Shown here piece after piece: positions 1 to 9,133 of a stretch of DNA of 57,418 nucleotides. A program made the translations under genes and the position numbers. A model generated the notes under the pieces. That model had not been told where the DNA came from and did no database searches. It worked only from the letters and a program-made list of their open reading frames with translations. Origin of the DNA: an uncultured Verrucomicrobiota bacterium (GTDB lineage Bacteria > Verrucomicrobiota > Kiritimatiellia > RFP12 > UBA3636); contig CASFKR010000006.1 of NCBI GenBank assembly GCA_949295265.1, forward strand, positions 1 through 57,418, written 5' to 3'. The first letter of the stretch is position 1, and every line of letters begins with the position of its first letter.

Positions 1-110
1 CGCACCTTCGGAAGATGCTTTGCATCCACCCGACACCATCGGAAGAATATCGCAGTACAATCACATACGAAAGTGTCTACTTTAAATCAGGACTTGACAC
101 TTGTCTCGGT

Positions 111-396
111 GTGCGCAAAAGCAAGCCGTCCTGTCTGTCCTGTACGTCGTGTTCGTCCTGTACGTCGTGTTCGTCCTGTTCCGACTCGCCGCGCTGGTTC
201 ACTGCGCTGACATCGCTACGATCTGGGGCCTCTGGGAGTGGGGCTGCTGGGATTGCCGCTTTGATTCTGCTGCGCTGGCTTCGTCCCGATGATTCCGAAT
301 CCTCCGATGACTCCGATGATTGCGTCAGCATTTGGTACCTTGGCCGGAACATAGTGGAGACTTCAAAACGGGGCTTCGCCCCTCCGTGTGGCTCAA
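111..396 (+). repeat. Mosaic intergenic repeat region R1. Modules: GCGCAAAAGC flank plus 9-nt GTnCGTCnT array (111-196); inverted CCCAGnnGC-type array (221-257); CCGATGAnTCC module (286-324); hairpin module (331-396).
   Basis: Each module recurs elsewhere in the window: 22101-22350, 40803-41290, 45250-45599, 6081-6257, 9128-9191. ORFs predicted across it (15..563 and others) read low-complexity repeat sequence. Confidence 0.8.
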
Positions 397-508
397 TAAC
401 CAAAAAAACTTCGCGCGGCTCCGCCTCGCTGGCTCTCTTCTTCTTTCTCTCGCCCCGTCCGCATGACTTCCCTCCACGCTCCCCGCGCACCGCGGGCTGG
501 GAGGCGGG

Positions 509-1873
509 TTATTTGCCGATGCAGAAACGGCCAAAGACGTTGTCGAGCAAATCTTCGGTGTAGGAACGGCCGGTAATACTGCCCAGCGTACGGGCGGCCT
601 CGCGGAGATGCGAGGCAGCCGGGACCGCCGCCTCTTCCGCACAGCTGTCATACAGGCTGCAAGCCGCTTCCAACTCTTTCCGCGCCGATTGCAGAAGGGC
701 CGCATGCCGTTCATTGATGGTCACGGCCGGTGCCGAAAGGTGGTCCGCCCGGAGCTGCAGGACGCGCCGCAGCGCGGCAAATAGCGCGTCCATTCCCTGC
801 CCTGTCTGCGCAGACAGCAGGATGCCGTCCTCCGGAACAGCCGCACCCGTGGAGAGCATATCCGCCTTGGTGTAAACCCGGATGACGGGCGGACCGTCGG
901 CGGGAGCCTCCGGTATGGACGCCACTGCGGGTGCGGTCACATCCCGGAGAAAAAGCACCACATCGGCGGACTTCGCCAGTGCGCGGGCACGGGCGATGCC
1001 TTCGCGCTCGATTTCATTGCCGGTGGCACGCAACCCGGCCGTGTCGACCAGCCGCAGCACAATGCCATCCAGAAAGAAGGATTCCTCGATGGAATCGCGC
1101 GTCGTCCCCGGCTGATCCGTGACGATGGCGCGGTTCGTCCCCAGCAACGCATTGAACAGCGTGGATTTTCCGGCATTGGCGGGGCCCGACAGCACGACCA
1201 GGGCTCCCTCGCGCAAGAGGCGTCCCTCGCGGAAGAGCGCCATGAGCGCATCGAGCTCCGCCAGCACCGGTTCGAGGCGCGCATGCAGATGCGGCACCGG
1301 AAGGATGCCCCCGACATCCTCATCGGCGAAATCGAGCGTCGCCTCCAGATCGGCGCAAAGCGCGAGCAAGGCGTCGTAAGCGCCGTTGACGCGTTTGCCC
1401 AGCGCGCCGGAAAGCAGTTCCGCCGCCGCCCGTGCCGCCCGTTCGCTGCGGGCGCCCACCAGTTCCATGACGCCTTCCGCCTGCTCCAGCGACAGGCGTC
1501 CATTCAGGAAGGCGCGGCGCGTAAACTCGCCGGGGCCGGCAGGGGCGGCACCCAGCGCAAGCAGCGCATTCAGCACGCGCGCGGGCACTGCCCGCCCGCC
1601 ATGAACCTGAATTTCGACGACATCCTCGCCCGTGTAGCTGTGCGGTGCGCGGAACATCAGCACAATGGCTTCATCGAGCGGCGAACCGTCCGCGGGATCG
1701 CGCAACCGGTAAAACCGGAAAGTGCCGCCCGCCAGATGGGAGGGCGGCACCGCCGTGCCGGGCGCACAAAGACCGTCCGCCAGCGACCCGGCGGCAGGAC
1801 CCGAAACGCGAATCACCGCCAGCCCCGCAGGACCCGGAGCCGTCGCCAGTGCCGCAATCGTCGTTCCGTCCAT
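509..1873 (-). CDS. mnmE: tRNA modification GTPase MnmE (TrmE)
   Basis: 454-aa ORF. N-terminus TIAALATAPGPAGLAVIRVSGP. G-domain motifs GPANAGKSTLFNALLG, DTAGLR, TKADM. Ends in the family-typical C-terminal CIGK. Confidence 0.95.
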   Translation of the reverse strand: MDGTTIAALATAPGPAGLAVIRVSGPAAGSLADGLCAPGTAVPPSHLAGGTFRFYRLRDPADGSPLDEAIVLMFRAPHSYTGEDVVEIQVHGGRAVPARVLNALLALGAAPAGPGEFTRRAFLNGRLSLEQAEGVMELVGARSERAARAAAELLSGALGKRVNGAYDALLALCADLEATLDFADEDVGGILPVPHLHARLEPVLAELDALMALFREGRLLREGALVVLSGPANAGKSTLFNALLGTNRAIVTDQPGTTRDSIEESFFLDGIVLRLVDTAGLRATGNEIEREGIARARALAKSADVVLFLRDVTAPAVASIPEAPADGPPVIRVYTKADMLSTGAAVPEDGILLSAQTGQGMDALFAALRRVLQLRADHLSAPAVTINERHAALLQSARKELEAACSLYDSCAEEAAVPAASHLREAARTLGSITGRSYTEDLLDNVFGRFCIGK

Positions 1874-1878
1874 GGGCG

Positions 1879-3387
1879 CTACTTCCGGCGAAGGGAGAGC
1901 CCGCCAATGGTCACTTCCCCGCGAAAGGCACCGCTCAACTCCACGTAGACGCCGGCGGCGTCCGGGTCGATAACGGCATCGCTCGTGCCGCGCGCGAGCT
2001 TCCAGCCATCCTGATAGCGCAAGCCGCGCAGCGCGAAGGGGGTCGCCTCGTTGCTGAGATTCTGATCCACGAAATTCCGGAAGAAAAGCGGTTTTTCGCC
2101 TTTGGATTTGTCGACCTGAATGACGTAAATCTGGAAGGAACCTTCAAAATCCTCCGAAAACCGGACGCGGCTCATGCCTTCGATGCGGGTGCCGGGGAAG
2201 CAGGTAATCAGCGGGGAAATGAACCGGGTTTCCAACTCAGGGCGGGAAGAGCGCAACACGAGCCGCTTTTCCGAATCGATGCCGATGGATTGCACGCGGC
2301 GGTCATCGAGGAAAATCCGGTACGGGAAACAGTAGACCGCATCATTTTTCGCGTAGCAGGGCTCGAGCGCGGGCAGCGCATTGCCATCGCTGTTGAGAAT
2401 GGAGACGGCGGTAATGGGCGGCAGTGAATAGGCGGGCAGAGAAACATCGTGCGGAAGCAGGGTCTGCACAGCCACGATGCCCAGCACCAGTGCCGCCAGA
2501 CCGCCCGCGATCAGCAGCGCAACCGTGGTGCGGAGCATCCGGTTGGTGCGCTTGAGGCGCGACAAATCCGCCTCGAGCTCCGCACCGCCCTCCACGCGCG
2601 CCGCCTCATTCGGCTCGAAGTCCATCTCCTCGCGGACCTGAGAGGCACCTTCGCTGACCGCCGCCGTACGCAGCAGTTGCACATCCTCCGCACGAAGCCC
2701 CGGCGCCGCCGCTACGGCAGCCCGGAACGCCGCAAAATCAAAGGGAACCCGGATGAAAAAGACGGCCTGACGCTCTTCGTCGTAAATGACGTACGAAGCG
2801 CGCGGATCGCCATCGCGCGGAGAGCCGACGGACCCCACATTGATGAGGTAGCGCTTGCCTTCCTCCAGCGCAAAATCCTGCGGCGGAATTTCATGCACCA
2901 CGCCGCTGTGCCCGATGATGTAGAGCGCCGCTTTGTGCGTGTGCCCGCAGAAGAGCAACTGCTCCGGACAGGCGGCAAAGGATTCCGCCGCCTCTTCCGG
3001 AGTCGACACGTACCGGAACATCGCCGGGTCCACAAAGTCGCCGTGCGTACAGCGGAAATTCGGACCCTTGATGACGAGCGGGAGCTCCGCAAAAAGCGAT
3101 TGCGCTTTGTCCCCGAGGCGCGATTGCGTCCAGGTGATAACCCGCTGCGCACGGTCGTTGAAGACGGCCGCCGACATGCGCCCGCCCACCACCGCATCGT
3201 GGTTGCCCAGCAACATCGCCGCCGCATGCGAATAGACCGATTTCAGGCACTCCGCCGGTTGCGGACCATACCCGACAATGTCGCCCAGACACAGGATACG
3301 GTCGACCTTCCGAACGGCCAAATCGCTCAGAACAGTATTCCAGGCGGGCAGGTTCCCGTGGATGTCGGACAGGATGGCGTATCGCAT
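1879..3387 (-). CDS. Calcineurin-like metallophosphoesterase fused to one TM helix and a C-terminal domain of about 200 aa, predicted extracytoplasmic
   Basis: MRYAILSDIHGN, LGDIVGYGP, GNHD and GHTH metallophosphoesterase motifs in the first 245 aa or so. Hydrophobic segment TTVALLIAGGLAALVLGIVAV. The C-terminal half is unassigned. Lies 6 nt upstream of mnmE on the same strand. Confidence 0.8.
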   Translation of the reverse strand: MRYAILSDIHGNLPAWNTVLSDLAVRKVDRILCLGDIVGYGPQPAECLKSVYSHAAAMLLGNHDAVVGGRMSAAVFNDRAQRVITWTQSRLGDKAQSLFAELPLVIKGPNFRCTHGDFVDPAMFRYVSTPEEAAESFAACPEQLLFCGHTHKAALYIIGHSGVVHEIPPQDFALEEGKRYLINVGSVGSPRDGDPRASYVIYDEERQAVFFIRVPFDFAAFRAAVAAAPGLRAEDVQLLRTAAVSEGASQVREEMDFEPNEAARVEGGAELEADLSRLKRTNRMLRTTVALLIAGGLAALVLGIVAVQTLLPHDVSLPAYSLPPITAVSILNSDGNALPALEPCYAKNDAVYCFPYRIFLDDRRVQSIGIDSEKRLVLRSSRPELETRFISPLITCFPGTRIEGMSRVRFSEDFEGSFQIYVIQVDKSKGEKPLFFRNFVDQNLSNEATPFALRGLRYQDGWKLARGTSDAVIDPDAAGVYVELSGAFRGEVTIGGLSLRRK

Positions 3388-3515
3388 GAAAGAACCGAGG
3401 AATGACCAGGATGGCTTCTGCGACGGGGTTGGCAGGGGGCGGGCCGGAACCGGACCGCATCAGCAGGAAGAAAGGTGGACGGGGGCGACGGCAGAAGCCG
3501 ACAGGAACGGGGTTG

Positions 3516-4688
3516 TCAGTGGAGCCAGTTCGGGGAAAGACCCGGGACGATTTCCTCGACGGCGGGGGCGAGCTTCTTCATCTGGTTTTTCAGATTCTGG
3601 AGCGTCGGCGTATTGGGCACATCGTCCATTGAGAGCGGATTCTGCTTTTCCCATTCGCTCCACTTCCGGTACACGGGTTCGTAACGGTTGTTCATCGTCA
3701 CCTGCTCCCCGCGGAGTTTCTCCAGCTTGGTGCGGAGATTGGCGCGGAGATTGCGGTCGCTGATTTCCGTATCCGTCTTGCGGAACAGCTCCATCGTTTT
3801 GTTGATATCCGTCTGGAGGGCGTCGCGCTCCGCCTTGATTCTCCGGTATTCGGTCTCGTGGGGATTGCGATGGCGGGCCCGCATACGCTCGAACAGGTCG
3901 TTGCGCGTCTGTTCGTAGGTGCCGTAGGCTGTGCAGAAATCGATAAGGGCATCGCGCTGTTCGCGGTTGCTCTCGCTGTAGCGCACGCCTTCAAACAGGA
4001 CCATATCGTTCTCGTACACGTACGTGGGCGCCTGCGCCCACAGCCCGTTTTCGAGCGGATACACCGCATACACACGCCCGTGCGGCAGCATCTTGTCGTC
4101 CGCATAGGCGACGGGGGTGCCGCCCTTGATGACGCCGACGGCCGTGCCGTCCGCCGCCATGGAGAAGGAATTGGTCACCACGATGCCCCACGGATAGGGC
4201 GGCTCTTCATTCTGCGCGGCGCGCGGATCGGGCGGCAGTTCCTCCTCCACCACGACCACCGTCACATTGGTCACCACGGACGGCTTCGACGCCTCTTCCG
4301 GAGAAATCGCCTTTTTCGCGGCGGAAACCGCACTCGCCGCCATGGAGGCGAATTTTTCCGCGGCGGAACCGACCACCGATTCGGCGGGCCTCGCCGGTGC
4401 GGGTGCGGGAGGCTGCGGCGAAGCGGGAGCCTCTTCCGCCACCAGTCCGGGAACCGGGTGCGCCTCCGGCAGAGGTGCGGTATCCCGGGAAGCGTGATTC
4501 GTCGGGCCTTCGTCATCCATCGCCATCATCATTTCATTGGTGGATGCCGATGCGCCGGAAAGCCCGACAATCGCGGACAGAATCTTTGTCGCCTCCGGAG
4601 AAACCGAGTGGAGGACGGGCAAGCCGAACCAAATCAGAAGAAAGCCCGCAATGGCCACGATAAATGCGCGCAAAAGGAACTGTGCCAT
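3516..4688 (-). CDS. Hypothetical membrane-anchored protein: N-terminal TM helix, Ala/Pro-rich linker, C-terminal coiled-coil-like region
   Basis: 390-aa ORF with GC3-rich codon usage. N-terminus MAQFLLRAFIVAIAGFLLIWFGL. No family recognised. Confidence 0.6.
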   Translation of the reverse strand: MAQFLLRAFIVAIAGFLLIWFGLPVLHSVSPEATKILSAIVGLSGASASTNEMMMAMDDEGPTNHASRDTAPLPEAHPVPGLVAEEAPASPQPPAPAPARPAESVVGSAAEKFASMAASAVSAAKKAISPEEASKPSVVTNVTVVVVEEELPPDPRAAQNEEPPYPWGIVVTNSFSMAADGTAVGVIKGGTPVAYADDKMLPHGRVYAVYPLENGLWAQAPTYVYENDMVLFEGVRYSESNREQRDALIDFCTAYGTYEQTRNDLFERMRARHRNPHETEYRRIKAERDALQTDINKTMELFRKTDTEISDRNLRANLRTKLEKLRGEQVTMNNRYEPVYRKWSEWEKQNPLSMDDVPNTPTLQNLKNQMKKLAPAVEEIVPGLSPNWLH

Positions 4689-4963
4689 AACAAGCGTGGA
4701 GAAATAATATCAATCGAAATTCTGTCCGGCTGTCCAACCGGGAAGATGCCGGAGCCCGAAAAGCCCCTCCGGGAAGCCTCCAATCCGTAAAACCGGATTC
4801 ACGAAATCATCGGATAATTTCAGGAATTTGTCAAATGATAAACCCTCTCGCGCACGCTTTTCAGACCCTTTTCCGAATGGTGTCTCTGCCATGGTCGACG
4901 CCGCCGACTCCGGCGCCCCGAAACGGCCTCCGCCGGGGCGCCGGATGGTGGCACTTTCCGGCT

Positions 4964-5803
4964 TTATTGATAGACGCGAACGTACTCGATTTCGAAGCGG
5001 GCCGGGAAAATACCCGGGTCAATCCCCTTCTGTCCGCCCCAGGCGCCGCCGATGGCAAGGTTCAGCAGCAGATAATGAGGTTTGCGGAAGGGATACGGAG
5101 AAAACTCGCTCAAATCGCCCGTTTTCGTGTATTCCCCGGCCTTTTTCCCGTCGATAAACAGCCGGAGCGCCGAGGGTTCCCACTCCAGGACGTACGTCAC
5201 AAAACTGTCGAGGGCGGGCGGATGCACGAGCCGACAGCCGGGCGTCATAACATGCCGGACCGGGGCAAGACGCTTTCCCGCTGCCTTGCTCCTCCGTGCG
5301 GAGGGTTTCCCGCCGCCGTCCGGCTTCTGCCCCGGCCCGTGAAGCGTGAAATGGAGCACATCCGGCTCAAACCCAACGTATTCCATGATGTCGATTTCGC
5401 CGCACCGGGGCCAGCCGACCTCGCCGATATCTTCGCCCAGCATCCAGATGGCGGGCCAGACCCCGCGTCCGCCGGGAACGCGCGCCCGGATTTCGAACCG
5501 GCCATACGTCCAGGCATGCTTTCCAAGGGTCGTAATGGCCGCCGAGGTGCACAGCTCCGTTTCGCCGCCATGTTTGTAGGCATCCAAATGCGCCTCGAGG
5601 ATGAGACGTCCGCCCGATACGCGTGCATTTTTGCGGCGTTCCCGGGTGTAGTATTGGAGTTCCTGATTGCGGCAATACCCTTCCTCATAGGTCCAATTCG
5701 CCGGATCGGGCAACCCGGGCTTGTCGAATTCATCATGCCAGACGAGTTTCAGCCGCTTTCCGGTTGAGGAAAGCACGGTTTCGGGCGCGGGTGTCTTTTT
5801 CAT
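4964..5803 (-). CDS. Glycoside hydrolase family 16 (beta-glucanase / laminarinase-like)
   Basis: WPAIWMLG followed by the GEIDIMEYVG catalytic E-x-D-x-x-E signature. Start placed at the ATG at 5803, which is preceded by AGGAGA. The track ORF extends to 5869. No obvious signal peptide. Confidence 0.85.
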   Translation of the reverse strand: MKKTPAPETVLSSTGKRLKLVWHDEFDKPGLPDPANWTYEEGYCRNQELQYYTRERRKNARVSGGRLILEAHLDAYKHGGETELCTSAAITTLGKHAWTYGRFEIRARVPGGRGVWPAIWMLGEDIGEVGWPRCGEIDIMEYVGFEPDVLHFTLHGPGQKPDGGGKPSARRSKAAGKRLAPVRHVMTPGCRLVHPPALDSFVTYVLEWEPSALRLFIDGKKAGEYTKTGDLSEFSPYPFRKPHYLLLNLAIGGAWGGQKGIDPGIFPARFEIEYVRVYQ

Positions 5804-6080
5804 GCGGTTATCTCCTAAGAAACAGAGAGCGGCGATGCCTCCTGAAAATGGGCTCTCCGTTTTCCCCATTGTAGCGAGAGCGGCCGCACCCCTGCAACCC
5901 CATCCGTGTACAGGTTTATCCCGGTTTTTTTCGGGATAATTTATCCAGATTTCTTGAAAGAAGTCTCCTGTAGCCTCTTTTTAAGACTAGATACTCGTGA
6001 ATAGCCCGCCAATACTTTTTCACCCGAAAGTTCGGTAAAATAACTTTGCCGTCGGTCGCTCCAATGGTTGCGGTGACTTC

Positions 6081-6257
6081 GTTCAGGCGGCTCTGCCGCC
6101 GAGAAAAAGTTCTTATTTGACACCTTGGTCGGAACGTTAGTGGAGACTTCAAAACGGGGCTTCGCCCCTCCGTGTGGCTCAATTTTCTTAACTCATCGCG
6201 AGGCTGAGTTTCACAACCTTCCTCCGTGTGGCTCACAAATCCGGGATAAGCCTGGTG
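6081..6257 (+). repeat. 177-nt composite repeat; inverted copy at 45250-45420
   Basis: Aligns end to end with the reverse complement of 45250-45420, mostly identical by eye. Contains TTGACACCTTGGTCGGAACG, the hairpin GGGGCTTCGCCCC, two copies of CTCCGTGTGGCTCA, and CCGGGATAAGCCTGG. Confidence 0.9.
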
Positions 6258-6270
6258 TACAGCGGGCACA

Positions 6271-6407
6271 GCAAAGCCGCGCGAGGGATTTGTTTCCCGC
6301 AGAGACACAGAGGGAGGGAGAGGGAAAAAGGGAGCGAAGCCGCCGCCACGACCCCGGAGGGGGCGAACTGTCATGCAAAGGATGAGCGAAACGAGTCCTG
6401 AAGCAGG
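6271..6407 (+). repeat. Repeat modules TGTTTCCCGCAGAGACACAGAG (6290-6312) and GCGAAGCCGCCGCCACGACCC...GAACTGTCATGCAAAGGATGAGCG...CTGAAGCAGG (6331-6407)
   Basis: The first module recurs at 16442, 22016 and 50637. The second recurs at 41009-41098 and partly at 16464-16507. Confidence 0.85.
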
Positions 6408-6483
6408 AACAGATACAGAAGCCCTTCGGCCTGTTACAAAGGGAGGTCAGCGCAGAGAACATCAGGACAATCAGGTACAGATT

Positions 6484-6945
6484 TTACTCCTGGAATTTCC
6501 GATTCCAAAAACGGAATGAACAGGCAGTATACCAGTCTACGGAAAATTCACCCGTTGTCCGGTTTAAAATAGCAGCCTCCATCGTTATGTAACAGAAGAC
6601 GCCTTGCGGAGCGGACCATCCGTTTTCAAAGTTTTCAAAGGGGAATGAGATAAGTTTTGTTTCTCCGGGTTCCAGACAGTTGGTCGTCATAACGTAGGAA
6701 AGCCGTTGTAACAGAGCCCCTCTCTCATCGAAAGCATCCGTTCTTGCGGCCACGTCCAGACGGGCTGGAACAGCCAATGAATTGGTCAGAAAGACTGTCC
6801 AAAGAAATGCTTCTCCTTTTTCAATCGAATAGGGAGCGGTAAACGAACATCCGTTTTCAAGGGGCGCATGAACCAAAAGATCCGGCTGCCCAAGACAAAA
6901 TCCAACCGTGAAGAAAATGCAAGCAAGAACAGTCAGCCGTTTCAT
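6484..6945 (-). CDS. Secreted single-domain beta-barrel protein, type B, copy 2 (Transglut_C-like); paralog of 9293-9760
   Basis: Start at the internal Met gives MKRLTVLACIFFTVGFCLGQ, a Sec-type signal peptide. Core motif FTAPYSIEKGEAFLWTVFLTNSLAVPARLDV. Aligns along its length with the 155-aa ORF 9293-9760. AT-rich codon usage unlike the flanks. Confidence 0.8.
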   Translation of the reverse strand: MKRLTVLACIFFTVGFCLGQPDLLVHAPLENGCSFTAPYSIEKGEAFLWTVFLTNSLAVPARLDVAARTDAFDERGALLQRLSYVMTTNCLEPGETKLISFPFENFENGWSAPQGVFCYITMEAAILNRTTGEFSVDWYTACSFRFWNRKFQE

Positions 6946-7057
6946 AACAAATCTGAATTTCAGAAATCCATCAACCAAGGATGCGGCCACTTTCTGGTGC
7001 AGGGGCGTTGTTTTCTCAAACAATTTCATTTCCGCAGCCTGGCCGCCACATATTCTT

Positions 7058-7566
7058 TTATAGAGCCCCTGAATCGCCGTCTTCTGTCAGTGCGGGAAAA
7101 TCGTCCTGTGTAATCGGATTTCCCCGGAGATCCGGCACACGCCATTCGGGAAGAGGAACCACAGCCTGAAAGATTCTCAGGGAGCTGGCGCCTGTCGTCA
7201 GGTTGGTTGTAAAAATAAAAAAATCAATGCAGTCCGGAACCATATTGGACGGCATCCAGTCTTTGAGGGGAAAGACTATTTTTTAAAATCCCCGGCAGCA
7301 AGAAAATTCGTCGTGCATACTATGCCTGCTGAAAAAGAATATGTTGCCCAGGCATTTTTGCCGAGAACGTTGGCATAAATCATTCGTTGGACAGGAAAAT
7401 CCTCTTTGTTGGTTATCGTAAGAGCCCATTCATATGGAACTCCTTTTTCCATCACGCGTGGAGCAAAAAGCCGCACTGCTTCATCGACAACAACCTCACA
7501 GATTTGGACGCCGGATGAAGCAATTGAAAAGAACATCAACGCGATGAATGCGAGCCGTGTTTTCAT
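7058..7566 (-). pseudogene. Secreted beta-barrel protein, type A, copy 2, interrupted by a frameshift at a homopolymer; paralog of 9846-10340
   Basis: ORF 7276-7566 (MKTRLAFIALMFFSIASSG...EWALTITNKEDFPVQ) and ORF 7058-7255 (MPSNMVPDCIDFFIFTTNLTTG...ITQDDFP) match the N- and C-terminal halves of the 9846-10340 protein. Adding one base to the A6 run (plus-strand T6, 7279-7284) restores a single frame reading ..GDFKKIVFPLKDWMPSN.. Confidence 0.8.
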
Positions 7567-7850
7567 CTGTAAAACTCCTTTAAGGATATCCATTTGTTGG
7601 TGTCAGCAAGCTTTGTGTAAATGGAATCTCCGAGTGAATTAAGAACGGTTTTCACATGATTCGTAATCGCTCCATTGACGCTGAAATAATGAACTGGAGC
7701 GGAAACCGCGGCATGGAAATCATTCACATCATACACACAGTTTCCATTCGGTTTCACAGCCGAACGCGGAGCCGGTCCACATTGATATTTCCCGCCACTG
7801 AAAATTTGCGGTGTCCCAATTCGGGGCGCGGCGAACGACCAGCGCATTCG
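7563..7850 (-). pseudogene. Animal-type transglutaminase core, C-terminal remnant (fragment 3)
   Basis: RIGTPQIFSGGKYQCGPAPRSAVKPNG..YDVNDFHAAVSAPVHYFSVNG parallels 10337-10903. It lacks the Cys and His motifs, and the Asp position reads R-I-G-T-P-Q. It begins right after the stop of the upstream gene. Its stop overlaps the next start as ATGA. Confidence 0.75.
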
Positions 7851-7862
7851 TCCCGGTTAATT

Positions 7863-8876
7863 TTACAGTCCCGGACTCAACTGTGATTCCGTTGGAATAG
7901 AGTTTGTGCATTCGGCTACATCAATATCAAGCAGATTCCAATTGAAATTCGTATCTGTACGGTTGATAATATTGATGCTGAACTCCACACAATCGAATGG
8001 AGGCGGATTCGTAGGGTACCAGTTTTCAGCCACAGAAAACGGAAGCAGCCGGGACTCCCCGGGGGCGATATTGTTCGTTGAAATCACTGCGGCCAGACGT
8101 TTGTATGGTCGCCCATAATCATACTTGGCATCAACGCTGGAGCAGACATCCAGCCGAAGCGTTTTGGCTGTTGTATTCGTAATAAAGACACTCCACTCGA
8201 TTGGTTGAAAAATACTTACCCTTGAAGGAACTGTAAAATAACACCCATCGGCAAGCGGCATCACTTTCATTGGCGCATTTGTCTTATCCTTTAAAGAAAG
8301 CGTGTTATTGGAAGCCGCCCGAAGCATTTTTTGAATCAGCGCCGGATTGTCGCGAATCCGGAAGTTGTTCGTGGACGTAATGTAATAACCATCTATCTTT
8401 CCTGATATATGTTTTTTCGTTTCCAGATTAGTGATATCAGCAGTAAATCGGATATCTCTACCTTTCGGAACCCAATGATCCACTTTATAGGACATAACCC
8501 CGGATTCACCGGGAGCCAACAGATTCGTTGTTATATTGTTGTAAAGATTAGCGATTTCCACCCCATTATAGTACCTCCATCGGGCTGTGGTCCTGACAAT
8601 CAGATGAACGGGGAAAGAGAATTGATTGGTTATACCGATAGACCACTCTATCGGCTTCCCTTTGTAAACGATACCGGGTGAGGTGATTGAAAAACCATTG
8701 CCAAGATGCTGCTCACGTGGTCCCGATGACCATTTTACCATCTTAATCCGCCCCTTAACTGGGCTTCGGTTCGTTATACAATTAACAATTTCACTATTCG
8801 AAATTTCATGCGCTTCCTGTCCTTGACAGAAAGTCGCAAATATAAACCAGACAAATGCTAAAATAAAACTTTTCAT
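7863..8876 (-). CDS. Secreted two-domain beta-barrel protein (two tandem Transglut_C-like domains)
   Basis: Signal peptide MKSFILAFVWFIFATFCQGQ. Domain 1 has KGKPIEWSIGITNQFSFPVHLIV. Domain 2 has FQPIEWSVFITNTTAKTLRLDV ... IAPGESRLLPFSVAENWY. Confidence 0.8.
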   Translation of the reverse strand: MKSFILAFVWFIFATFCQGQEAHEISNSEIVNCITNRSPVKGRIKMVKWSSGPREQHLGNGFSITSPGIVYKGKPIEWSIGITNQFSFPVHLIVRTTARWRYYNGVEIANLYNNITTNLLAPGESGVMSYKVDHWVPKGRDIRFTADITNLETKKHISGKIDGYYITSTNNFRIRDNPALIQKMLRAASNNTLSLKDKTNAPMKVMPLADGCYFTVPSRVSIFQPIEWSVFITNTTAKTLRLDVCSSVDAKYDYGRPYKRLAAVISTNNIAPGESRLLPFSVAENWYPTNPPPFDCVEFSINIINRTDTNFNWNLLDIDVAECTNSIPTESQLSPGL

Positions 8877-9133
8877 GGATTAACTGAAGTTTCTTTATTT
8901 TTGTATTCGTCCGTTAAATCTACACCATAAATTGTCCGGGGATACTGAGTCATAATCAAAATTCCAGCCTCATGTTCACCGTTTGTTGATACACATTCAA
9001 CTCCGTTTTCATACTTGTAAACATTGCAGTTAACACCGTTTTTTACGAAACTCCGGGGAGCCGGTCCGCACTGAAACTTACCATCACTGAGTTCCTGTGG
9101 AGTTCCATCATGTGGCACATGGAAAATCTTAAT
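8873..9133 (-). pseudogene. Animal-type transglutaminase core remnant (fragment 2), 5-prime end replaced by a repeat module
   Basis: ..KIFHVPHDGTPQELSDGKFQCGPAPRSFVKNG.. The FHV and DGTPQ motifs are joined by an apparent internal deletion. The upstream reading frame runs into repeat module 9128-9191 and hits an in-frame stop at 9164-9166. The 3-prime end overlaps the next ATG as ATGA. Confidence 0.7.

Noticed and set aside
15-563. ORFs translating the repeat clusters into Cys/Ser-, Pro/Val- or Asn/Arg/Thr-rich repeat peptides (15-563, 40736-40999, 40801-41109, 45435-45752)
   Set aside because: The same nucleotide modules occur in both orientations and in different frames at different loci. 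The ORFs lack ribosome-binding sites. Similarity between loci is at the DNA level, not the protein level.
5916-6374. 152-aa and 60-aa ORFs over the AT-richer patch 5940-6075. The tail ..KVILPNFRVKKYWRAIHEYLVLKRGYRRLL hinted at a mobile-element protein remnant.
   Set aside because: I could not tie the peptide to any family from memory. Most of the ORF is repeat-module sequence. There is no start context. It is worth a database search but is not supportable here.
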